Assembly: GCA_012295275.1 (NCBI GenBank)
Contig: CM022673.1
Coordinates: 1,612,001 to 1,676,000, forward strand
Reading direction: 5' to 3'
DNA from: Chrysomallon squamiferum
Lineage: Eukaryota; Animalia; Mollusca
DNA length: 64,000 nucleotides
In this document: positions 14,801-25,864 of the stretch, piece after piece
Layout: each line of letters opens with the position of its first letter
Position numbering within the stretch: the stretch's first letter is position 1
Made by a program: the position numbers and the translations under genes
Notes under the pieces: generated by a model
The model's input: the letters and a program-made list of their open reading frames with translations, nothing else
Told to the model about the DNA's origin: nothing
Database searches by the model: none

Positions 14801-17800
14801 TTCTTTGACTATTTGTATAAGCTGAATATAAAATATAAATGGAATTTAGAGTTAGATTCTGTTCTCTGGCTATCTCCTCATATTCCGAAATCCAAAACAC
14901 TTCTGGTCCCAAACATTTCACTAAAAAGCTCTCAGGCTTTAACACATGATAACAAAGACAGGAAAATGGCATCCTAACAAGACAACTATACCTGGATTGA
15001 AGCCAGGTGTGAGATCTACAAAGATGAATTGGTTGTTTTCAGTGTTTTCTGTATTTGTCATGTCCTCTTTATTCCTCTCTTCTGAAAGTAAAAACATGCA
15101 AATATTAATGTAATCATAAAAAATAAAATTAAAATGTGTATCTATTTATCCTGCTCTGTATGTTACATTCTTATTTTCATAGGATAAAGTCAATAACTAG
15201 TTATTCCTTGTATATATACATACACCATAGTAATGGTGAAACTAATAGATGAAAATCCTGATATTCAGTATAAATCCAAAGCAAGGTAAAATAACTTTTT
15301 TTTAACCAGGAAGCTATGAGAACTTAAACAGCCCTAGTTTTTACTAACATAACAACTACCGACCCCAACATACAGAGAAAATAAACATATAGGTGACATA
15401 AAAAATAGTCATTTTCTTCTTGAATGTAATATCTGTATTAAAATCTGTATTTAAAATCAAATACAATACAGTATTATCTATCAGACTAGAATCTAAGATT
15501 AATATTAACTTAAAAAGAAAGAATATGAATATGAAATTAAAAATACATTTTCTTCTTATGAATGTAATTAGATTTTAAACCGACATGTAATATATTATTA
15601 TCTATAAAACAAGAGTTGATGATTAAAAATAAATTAAAATAAACATATAAATATAATTAAAAATAAATTAAATCAAGAACTATAAAAAAATAAAGTAAAA
15701 ATAACTACTTATAAAGATGCAAATACTTTCGTTTGGGTCGCCTGTGGGAATTGCTTTTCGAATCTGAACACCTGGTGTTGGGATTAGTCGAGGTGGTCCG
15801 TTGCGAACGCCAGTTTTTGGGGTGACAATTTCCTTGATGACACCAATAATTTTATCATCTTGTGAAGACAGGCACTGAGAAAATCCAACAATGGCTCTCG
15901 TACGAACTCTGTGAAAGAAACAAAAATTAACAACTATAGAAATTATTTACTATTTGACAAGAGTTGCTGTTTTAATCACCTCAAAGGAATAATAATGAAA
16001 ATATTAAAAAAGAAATAATTTTAATATCTAAGAAGAATTATGTTATCTTTATCTCATGTAACATATATAGAAATTAATTATTATTTTACAAGAATGCTAA
16101 AATTATTTTAATGAACTCTTACAAGAAATTAATAATTAAAATATTAAAAAAGGAATTGTTTTATATCCAAAAAGAATCATGTTTATCTTGTGTAAAACAC
16201 AGGAAAATTATATATTAGAATATTGGATTCACTGTTTTAATAATCTCTTACCACCTATTACTAATTAAATTATTCACAAAGAAATTATTTAATATCGGAG
16301 AAGGATTATGTTTATCTCATGTAAAACACAGAAATTACCATTTCTCAAAACTCTAGATTTATTGGACACAGTATAATAATTGAAATATTGTGAATGAAAT
16401 TATTTAATATCTGAGATAAAAAAGGTTTATCATACATAAAACATAAACAAAAATGGCTCAGGAATGAAAAAATACAGGATTTATTTTAAATGTTCAGTAT
16501 TGTTTTTAAATCTACAGTTATACTGCATAATAATATGCATGGACTTGAGGTGTAAGTGCCCTCCTAAATTCAGGAACAACCCTGGGCAAACTATGAACAA
16601 GTACTTATGTTTTTATCAGTGTAAAATTTTGTGCAAACCAATCTCTCAAACACTCTCCTGTAATCAAAGATTCCTCATATGCCAATTCTCATGAATAAGA
16701 CTAATCTTATGACTAGCTAAAAATGGCTCAGTCTGAATTGCCTCTTGCTATTTCAGTACTAGATAATTTGCTGATGTGAAAACACTCACGTAGGTGCAAT
16801 GTCAGAACAGCGGCCAACAACAACTCCTAGTAGCAGACGATGTGTGGTGTACGGTAAAAGGTCTGCAGGAACATCTGAAAATCAACAACAGCAGAGAATG
16901 AAACAGATTAAAGATTAATAAATTCTACAATGTATATTTTACTGACGTTGCAATTACTTAACAAATGCTTCTCACCTTCAGATTGTTTTTCTGGTAGAGT
17001 TAACAACTGAATCACTATATCAAGTGCAAAACCACGATTAGTTATCTGAAAAATGTCAAAAAATTATAAATTACATGTAACAGATTATACATTGTTCAGC
17101 TTAATGAATATTTGAAAATTTTACTTCTGATAAGAGTAACCATTAAATGGTGAAACAGATTTTTATTTTTCAATTTGTAATTTAAAAAAAAAAAAAAGAA
17201 TGGTAAAGAATTGTTTAGTTTGTTCTGTTTATTAATTAATAAAGAAAAAAAATTCATTTTGCTGCAGGTAAGAGTAACCCCAGGAAAAATAGAAATATAT
17301 CTATATATGAATTCTGAAAAGAAAAAGATTTTATACTAAAATAAATATTCTTTTCTACATTAAGGCTTAACACATTAAAAGTTAAAATAGTGGATTTAAA
17401 TTAATTATGCTCTATATAAATATAATTATTATATTTTTTGCCTTAGAGTGAGTGGATAGTTTTACAATCCATTCCATCATCCGAGCATATGCTTCACCAG
17501 GAAGAACACAAAGAAGAGACACCACAGCCTGAAACAAAGATTATTAATAATAAAAAATATTAGATTTAAACAGCATTAACTATTACTTTTCTACACTCAT
17601 TCCTCAATAACTGGAACAAATTATATTACTTACAAAGTGACAATAAAGAGAGTGTAAAAATATAAAAGATTTAAACAACATAAAGTAGTAATTTTTTTTT
17701 TTTTGGATTAATTAAAATATAATTGTCTAATTTTATGTCAAACAACCATTAGTGTCATAGCAAAATTTACATTTTAAAAAATGTATATATTTAACAATAT

Positions 17801-19235
17801 TTTCTCTATCATGTGTTTGACATTTTACCATTAACAAATGTGTACAATAAATTGTGTATAACCACACATTTTAGAAGCCACACCTTCAAGTCCACAGAAA
17901 GTTGTTACTTATCAAAACATTTCACTCAATCAACAGTTAAAACAAAACCGAAATGACTCAAAGTTTATTATGACCTTTTTATAGAAACATACTACAATTC
18001 AGTTTTTCTATAAGCATACTCATTCTATATAAATAGTTGTTTACAGACTTTCAGTGTTTTGATTAATGGCTAACATGCTGATGGGAAATATCTTTAGTTA
18101 ATTTTTATATTTACATGACAAAAGCTCACAAACCTCGGACACTTTAGCCCTGTATTCTGCTCTGTCTGGAACTTTGACACAGAGATGCTGAAGTAAAGTT
18201 CGACCTGCCTTGAGTACTCTGTCTCCACCCTTCTTCAGTAAATACCTGGGAAAGACGATTAATTGTAAAATAATATATGTTAATACAGTGCTGCCTTAAG
18301 GCTTGATGAAAAAGGGCAAGCCGTGTAGGTTGTTAATAGATCCTTTTCATGGTTGTGTATCTAAGGGCCCCAGCATGTTGCTTTTCACAACAGCCTATAA
18401 TGCTGTTAAGATAGCATTATGTTAATGCACTTCCAACCATATGCATGTGTGTGTGTGTGTGTGTGTGTGTTCACATATATATAACAACATATAAAAAAGT
18501 GCCATTTCACAGAACTTCCTGGTAAATAATTTTGACCTGATCTACAATAGCAAATTAATCTGCCAAAAAAAAGAAGTAAAAAAAAATATTAAAAAATGTA
18601 TCAATGTTTTAATGCTTAAATATAAATATTCAACAATGAAGCTTTAAAATGTAAAGAAGATAATTAGTTTGCTAATGTTAATAAACTAATTTAGTAAATT
18701 TTTACTTTAAGTTGAATTATTTAAATTTTATTGAAGATGAAAATATAAGTATAATTTACTTGACAAATTGTAAAGCATTGTCACTGGCTGTTACAACTGG
18801 TTTTGGTATTGTCTGTGCAGCCACTGCTTTATTTGAACCAATCAGCATCAAGATAACAGGAAGCAGCTGATGAAATACCTGAAAATAAAAATAATTTTTT
18901 TTTAAATGTGAAACAATCTGGCTTAAAATATTTTTTTTTCTAAAAATCCACAAAAACAATTTAAACTATATATAAAACTTTGAACACCTACTAAAGAAAT
19001 GTTTATTTTATTATTATTTTAAATTTGTAGTAATAATGTGTATTAATTAAATTCGGTGATATCAAAAACTGTTTCATAAACACTAATATTTAGAACATTA
19101 AATAGGTTTTGTGTTTTGGTATACTTATTTTTATTTTTAACTTGAAATAAAATTAAAATATTTCAAATCACTTACTGATGTTGTCAGTGACACCAAATGT
19201 CCATGGAGTGAAGAACATAAAAGACTTAACCCCTG

Positions 19236-19266
<31 letters not shown>

Positions 19267-22200
19267 TGGATGAATTAACTTTTTTAATAATTAGTATGGC
19301 CTTTTATTTTCTCCAAATGAAATAATTATCATCACAAAAAAAATGTTCTGTTAATTTTATTAAATTTATAACTATTTTAAAACAATAACATATTTGTAAC
19401 AAAGATTTGAATATAAGTTTTTATAATTTAACTGAATCATAAAATTGTATTTTTTAAAAAGCTTTAGTGTTAAAATTATATGAGTGAAAGATATTTGGTT
19501 TTGAAATGAATAAGTATGTCTCCAGTATGTTTTTAAAACAATGTCTTTATTACACATAAAAAGAATTAAAAAATGACTAGAAAAACATTTAAAATAAAAA
19601 TATAAATGATACATACTCTGAAAGCCAAACAAGGCAAATCCATTCTATCAACAGGAGGCCTACAACAAACATTTTGTTGGATTACAGTAAGAATAAAGAT
19701 CTTTCAAAAATAAACAATATTTATGGTTTAAATATTTGATTTGAAAATTTTAACTTTGTTTTTATTAAGAACTCAGTGACTGGATGTAATATTTCTATCA
19801 GAAAGTAGCAGAATATTAATTTCATTAATAAACAAAAAATTCAAAATCTGCCTCCACTGTTCCATCTTAAATGATGAGATGTTGATTTTTTTCCTTCTTT
19901 GTTTTTGCTTCTTATTCATATCTGGGTAAAATGTGACAGCATGGGAAAGAAAACAAAATGGCAACCTTCTGGTTACTCTGTCCTTTAGTATCATTTTGAA
20001 CTTTTTCTTTTAGCTTTATTAAAAAGTTGGTCTTTAACAACTAAATAATCAGCTTTTAGCTCCATCATTTTTAATCTTTAACCTCTCTATTGAGAGAATC
20101 TTTAAAACTTACCATTTATCAAATGAACTGCTTAAAACTTCTGCATCATGTTTTGTCAGTTCAACAAAAATCTCTATCAGATACTGAGCAGTTGATTCTG
20201 ACTGCTTTAAAGAAAAAGTCTCCAAAAGTACAACAAGATCCTGTGTGACAAAGAATTAAAATATTATTGAAAAAAAAAAAAAAAAATGTAAACATCAGGA
20301 TAGCAATTAAAGTTAATATTTGAAATCATAAGGTAAATTTAAGGCATATGCTGAAGTCTAGATGATTAGTTCAGGAGAGTCTTAGTTTGTTAGTAAAAAA
20401 AAATGAAATTGGTTTATAACCACAGAGAAGACAGGTTTTGAAGAATTAGTTACTGAAAGAGAAGATAACTGTCACATTACTTAATTTATTTTCAAATGAA
20501 ATGCTACAGATCTTAACTTCATTTTTATTATTAAAATTATTTATTAACATAACAGACAGGTTGTTTCCCAGATCACAGTACCTGTAGAAGATTTTTCACT
20601 GCAGTGCGCAGTCGAGACAGTTCTTGTGGACTCAACTCAACATCTTCTTCTTCAGAGTCGTCAGGAAATTCACTGATTTCAAGATCCTTCATACAAAACA
20701 ACTATGATTACTCTATAGTATAAGTATTATTAGGTTATGGCTATTTTTTGTTTAACTTCAAAAATCAAGTACTATATCAGATACAAATTAAAATATTCTG
20801 GGTGTGTATGTGTATGTGTGAGAGCAAGGGAAAGAGAGATAGTGACAGAGACAGACAGGATAAAAGAAACAGAAAATGGAAGGGATGGATGTAACAAAAC
20901 TGAAAAACAGAGGAATGAAAAAAAGAGCAAATAGCAAGAAGGTAGAAAATGAATGTGTGTAAACATTATCCAGTGTCTTAAAATACTGCATTTCTTAACA
21001 AAAATCTGTATACTTACAACAGTATCACAACACTTTTTTTATCACATGAATAAAAAATTAAACAAGACAAATACAAATTTTGAAGTTCCTACCTGGTTAT
21101 CAGTTTGGGTTTCTCCTAGTTTACTTTTCTTTCTTCCTTTCTTTTTCTGACCCTGACTGCTGGAAATTGAGTTCCGTTTCCGTTTACAGTTTCCTATAAA
21201 GTGTAAAAACAAAAAAACATTATCTAAAAATTATTTTAAATCCATTATTAAAAAATTAAATTGGCTTCCATTTTTATGTTATACCTTCATACATACACAC
21301 ATATATAATGAATTTATAATAAAATCATATTTTTAATTGATGAAATTCTGTAACCGCGATGATTAAAAACAGGTGGCTAAGATTAAAGTCAAAAATTAAA
21401 TTGCATGACTGAATTTATCTGTAGTTTTTTCAAAATATAATTAAAGAAAGATGATAAATAAGTATTAATTAGATATTTAATTTTAAAATAACAACAGTTA
21501 CCTAGTTTAGTCCACATCTTGAGAAGATCGACTGCTTTAAGAAACAGTTCTGGATTATAAATTCTGAAAGCACTGCTACCTATTAAAAAGAAATATAATA
21601 AATAATAATAGTAAAGTTTCATTTATTTCTGTTGGCTTCATCTAGTTAATTAAAATGTATTCTAAAATAGGGAGTTCAATATTTAGAAATTCAGTTTTAT
21701 TATTTGTATTGTATTGTATTGCAAAAATAATTAACGTCCATTAAATAATATTTTAATTTGCTTCATGAATAATGAAAATTATGGGAAAAACAAACGAGAT
21801 AAATTTAAGATTTTAAGGTTACAGTAGGTTCAAATCCATCCATTACGACTTTTGGTACAACTGATAAACAAATTTAAACAAACCGGGCACAGAGACAAGT
21901 ATGAAATACACAGAGGCTGATAAAAGAGCAGCTTCCTTTTGTACAAATGTTGAAGCAATCTGAAAAAAAAAATTAATAATAATAACATACTAATAATGAT
22001 AAATTTAAAATATATCTTTCTACAGACACACATTATTTTATATAAAATAAATATAAAATTGTGATACTGAATTTGAACAGGAAGAATCTGCATATGTGTT
22101 CATCAAAAAGAATAAATGTCATCATAATAATAAATTTCAAAGAAAAGTTATTTTAAAAAATTAAGTAACTTTTGTTTTCATTAAAAAATTAAGTTCATGA

Positions 22201-23895
22201 AACATAGTTTGAGAAGAAATGAAAAACAGAACAAATAAGATTGATGGAAAATCATTACCTTTCCTCCATTTTCTATGAAGAATGCTAACAAAGCAATAAA
22301 TTTTTTGTAAGAAATATCATTTTCCACCATAACAGTCCATAAACCTGGAAAAACAAAAGAAAGAAAAAAATAATTTTAAAAATTTTAAAATGAATATATA
22401 AATAAATTGGAATAGAAATCAGTGAACACAGAATACAGGATTAAATAAACTTCATTTCTATTGGTCAGAAAATCTACTAATAAAAATACTTGTTGGCAAC
22501 ATAAATGAATCAGGCTGTTTATAATGATTAAAAATGTCTTTTTTCCCACCTTCTTTTTGGTTTTTATAAAGATTTACTCCAACATAATAAATTTCATGTA
22601 ATGCAAATTACCTTGAATCAATGTAAAACTATTTCAGTTGATAAAATGAAATAAACACACACATACAACTTCATACACATATATAAATTAAATTGTCAGG
22701 ATGATAACCTGTGAAAATATTTGTCTCTTATACAGAATACAAATAATTATGGGTATAGGTTTAACTTTAAGTTTACTCAGTATCAATTATACCTTCTCCT
22801 GTGGTGACTGTTTCTTGGTGACGCCAAACCTTTAGTAACTCTTTACAAGCCTGAAGTTGAGAAACATAGCATCCTTCTCCTTCAACATCTTCAAGAGCAA
22901 TGGGCAGTGACCCTAAATCAGCAAAATCACTTTCCCATGCAACTTTCACCCATTCTGAAACGAAAATTATTTATATTTTGTGAATGTACAAAAAAAAAAA
23001 AAAAAAAAAAATCCATGTATCTCCTGATTTATATAATAATAATGTTCTTTATTTTAATAACTAAATATATTCCAATTTCAGTTGACACTGATATATTATA
23101 CAATAAAAAAAATTGTATAAATTATATATTGGTTTTGTTGTGCATTATAATTATCACTGTCATTGGTCAAAAGTTTAAAAGAAAGAAAACAGCCTCTACA
23201 CAAATTAGCCTTTATGAGATTAGCTGAAGAAATTCTGATTTTAATAAGTATTATTTATTTTGTTCTGATTTTTTTTTTTGGGGGGGTTAAGCTTTACTGA
23301 CCAGTGGTTGCTTTAGCTGACAGTTGTCTGTTTTATATACAAGGACAAATACAATATCAGTACATAAAATCAAATGAATTAAAATGTCAGACATGGGACA
23401 GGTGGTTTAATGAGCCATAAACCCTGTGCACAAATATAGATATGACAGCATAAAATAAATCCAACAGTCTAGATATTTTTAATAACAATTATTATGTCTA
23501 AATTAATGTTCTTTAAGTTTAACTGTTTTATTGTTATTGTAATCATGATGCATATTCGTAATTCATACGACATATGTATAAATAATAACAATTATTGAAT
23601 AAAAGTGTAAATATAGATACATTTTTAAAATTTGTAATTAAGTTATTAAATGACATGTAATATTAATAATAATTTAGCCATATAATATATAATATATATT
23701 ATTAATTATATATAACTTTTGTTTGAATTTGTAATAAATTAATCTGGATTTTTACGATTGTATATCGTGTAACATTTCAATCTTTTTCTGACAAGTACTG
23801 AAGTACAGTAAGCAGTAGAAAATAAAGCTACCATCTCTGAGATCACTGAGTGGAAACGATGCGAAAGTATTAATAGTTTCCTCTATCTCAGCCAT
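1..23895 (-). CDS. NCAPD3: Condensin-2 complex subunit D3 (HEAT-repeat protein); 41 coding exons, ~1476 codons in the window, 3' end truncated by the window edge
   Basis: Phase-consistent exons: 23832-23895, 22793-22954, 22259-22344, 21884-21959, 21502-21579, 21093-21193, 20582-20686, 20113-20240, 19617-19659, 19176-19232, 18760-18878, 18134-18245, 17442-17528, 16976-17045, 16790-16874, 15727-15908, 14992-15081, 14462-14595, 13797-13912, 12756-12869, 12048-12122, 11378-11480, 11021-11120, 10484-10576, 9881-9957, 9218-9338, 8537-8671, 7864-8073, 7368-7497, 6137-6245, 5551-5635, 5010-5114, 4547-4616, 4317-4401, 3913-4002, 3033-3197, 2487-2571, 2080-2204, 1565-1758, 405-612, <1-55. The translation includes [52 protein letters not shown]...[14 protein letters not shown] and [18 protein letters not shown], characteristic of CAP-D3. 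Confidence 0.95.
590..985. repeat. Degenerate tandem copies of the acceptor region of NCAPD3 exon 405-612
   Basis: agtgtcgaaagtggagtatttctatcaagacaattta (~592) recurs as gagtgtagaaaatggattatttctctcaagataattta (~694), gagtgtagaaagtgaagaatttctgtcat (~842) and aaagtggagtatctctg (~955). Confidence 0.65.
2281..2465. repeat. (AAT/AAC/AGT)n low-complexity trinucleotide tract in an NCAPD3 intron
   Basis: Directly visible; it produces the spurious poly-Leu ORF 2281..2577. Confidence 0.9.
6891..7120 (-). ncRNA. Candidate intronic box H/ACA RNA, possibly SNORA53-like
   Basis: GC-richer island in NCAPD3 intron 6246-7367, sense to the host gene. The 5' stem CAUGAA.../...UUCAUG is followed directly by an H-box-like AUAGAA (plus 7007-7012). 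The 3' hairpin has CUUUGAAU/AUUCAGGG and AGUGG/CCACU stems and ends ACA-AAU (6896-6891). G-U pairs form only on the minus strand. Confidence 0.45.
13369..13496 (-). pseudogene. Decayed duplicate (pseudo-exon) of NCAPD3 exon 12756-12869
   Basis: Reads [24 protein letters not shown] versus the functional [24 protein letters not shown]. It keeps the AG|GTAA donor but has stops in its 5' part and a 2-nt insertion near the 3' end. Confidence 0.8.
14657..14939. mobile_element. Tc1/mariner-pogo (Tigger4/Zombi/MER46-like) non-autonomous element
   Basis: TA|CAGGCTGAGGATCCCTTATCC at the left end and CCGAAATCCAAAACACTTCTGGTCCCAAACATTTC...CTCAGGCTT|TA at the right, with TA flanks. Both ends and the internal segment TACAAACTTT...TCATGCA...TGTATAAG...ATAAATG resemble the Tigger4 consensus as recalled. 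Confidence 0.7.
15960..16450. repeat. Degenerate tandem array, roughly 120-140 bp units, about 4 copies, in an NCAPD3 intron
   Basis: The core aatatc..agaagRattatgtttatctcatgtaaaacacagaaatt recurs at ~16025, ~16165, ~16292 and ~16407. Confidence 0.7.
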
Positions 23896-24069
23896 ATTTT
23901 TGTGTTCAATTTTACCGCCCAACTGAAACACTCCGCGTAAATAGACTGATCCTTTTCCCAAACCTATTAAAATGAATATCAATCTACGGAGTCAAATTAA
24001 GGTCATTCCATGATTTTCATTGGTGGACAGGTGTCACACCTACCATTTGGACTACGAACATTGCTAGAA
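23896..24069. promoter_or_regulatory. Bidirectional promoter shared by NCAPD3 and GCAT
   Basis: The start codons face away from each other only 174 bp apart. The interval contains a CDE/CHR-like GGCGG-N4-ATTGAA (minus, 23905-23919), an ATTGG/CCAAT near 24019 and the palindrome AGGTGTCACACCT near 24029. Confidence 0.7.
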
Positions 24070-24348
24070 ATGGAATCAATGAGAAATGCATTTCGGTTGC
24101 TTGGATATGGTATTAATTTTGAAGAAACCTATCAAATTTTCAATTATCACTGATAATAATTACATGTCAAACTTTCACTGTTAAAAAAATACAGAAAAAT
24201 GAAAGCTATAGTGAGCAATATGTTGGCGACTGGTCATGGCTTTAGGCGTAACAGCAAGCACATTGCAGTGTGCTCTATATTCTTTATACTATTATTTTTC
24301 CACTATTAAAAACAAACAACTAGAGAGAGAATTTAAAAATTATATATT

Positions 24349-24384
<36 letters not shown>

Positions 24385-24419
24385 AGTTGATAAATTGAAT
24401 TAGTGACATTTTGAATTTA

Positions 24420-24475
<56 letters not shown>

Positions 24476-25798
24476 TTTTTAGTATTTCACTATTAAATTG
24501 ATTGTTTTGTTGTCAGAAAATATAAAAAAGAAATAACTTTTTATTTATATTTAAACTTTATAAACACAAATTCTTTAAAGGAATATTAACTCAAAAAAAA
24601 AAAAAAAAAAAAAATACATTTATGTGTTACAGTACTGTTGATAGAATATTTCTTATTTTCAAATTTAAGTTTGATGTTTTTTTCAAATAATTTAACAGAT
24701 GAAAAATTAATATAAAATTGCCCCAAAACCGTGTATGATAACATTAATATTTTAAAAACCTAATTAAAATACATTAATAATTTAGATTTTATAATGTTGT
24801 TAATAGTTTTAAAGTTATAATTTTTTACTTTATTTTCAGGTTTGAAAAACAAGTCAGTTACGTTAAACAGTCGGGCGACCTCAGCTTCCTTTGCTGCTAC
24901 TCGAGAGATTCTTGACAAAGAACTTCAGGACATCCGAGAGGCAGGAACATGGAAGGCAGAAAGAATAATCACCTCACCCCAGGGTTCGAACATCAGTGTG
25001 AAGGGACAAACAAAAAACATTCTCAACTTCTGTGCCAACAACTATCTTGGGTTATCAGTAAGTTTGTTTATTTTTAAAACTGTTTTTGACGTTTAAGTTA
25101 TTTAAACATTTGTGTTGCATCTTTATGCTGCTTTGTAAAATAGTATTAGATCATAATCACGTTATTTATTGACGATTTTTTGCTTCATTTCAATACTTAA
25201 AAACTAACTGTTAATATTTCTGATTAAAAAAAGGTACATTTTGTACAATCTGCAATGTCAACTGCAGAGTTAGATTTGTATCCATCAAAGTGATACTTGA
25301 TTAAATCAATCTTTAAATGTGTATTCATTATTATGAACATGTTTTTTTTTTTAAATAATCAAATGATATAATACAATTTTATGCTAATTTTATTAAATCT
25401 GGAACTATTTTAAAACATAAACATACTTGTAACAAACATTTGAATCTAAATATTTATTGTTAGATGGACACTCTTTGAAAAAATATTGTCTGTGACAGAA
25501 AGTTTCTTTGTTAATAATTTTTAAAATGAATATGAAGAGGGAAGTATAAACACATCCAGACAAGAGAGGCACGTACACACAGAATTATGTAATTAATATA
25601 TTTGTTTTCTAGAGTCACCCAGAAGTTGTGGAAGCTGGGAAGAAAGCTTTGGCAACTCATGGTGCTGGACTCAGTTCTGTACGATTCATTTGTGGAACTC
25701 AGGTACATTGGATTTTTTAATGTTTTAAACTAATGGGCTGCAGCTCATTATATTTTAAATCAGTGATTCTTATCATGGGTGAAAGCACTCTTTGAGAT

Positions 25799-25864
<66 letters not shown>

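Noticed and set aside
18290-18320. TGCCTTAAGGCTTGATGA resembles the 5' end of U12 snRNA or a hammerhead core
   Set aside because: No Sm site or downstream U12 stems, and the hammerhead CUGAUGA/GAAA core is not intact.
24356-24480. Long poly-A followed by long poly-T in GCAT intron 1 (potential hairpin)
   Set aside because: Homopolymer runs are abundant throughout the window, so the juxtaposition is unremarkable.
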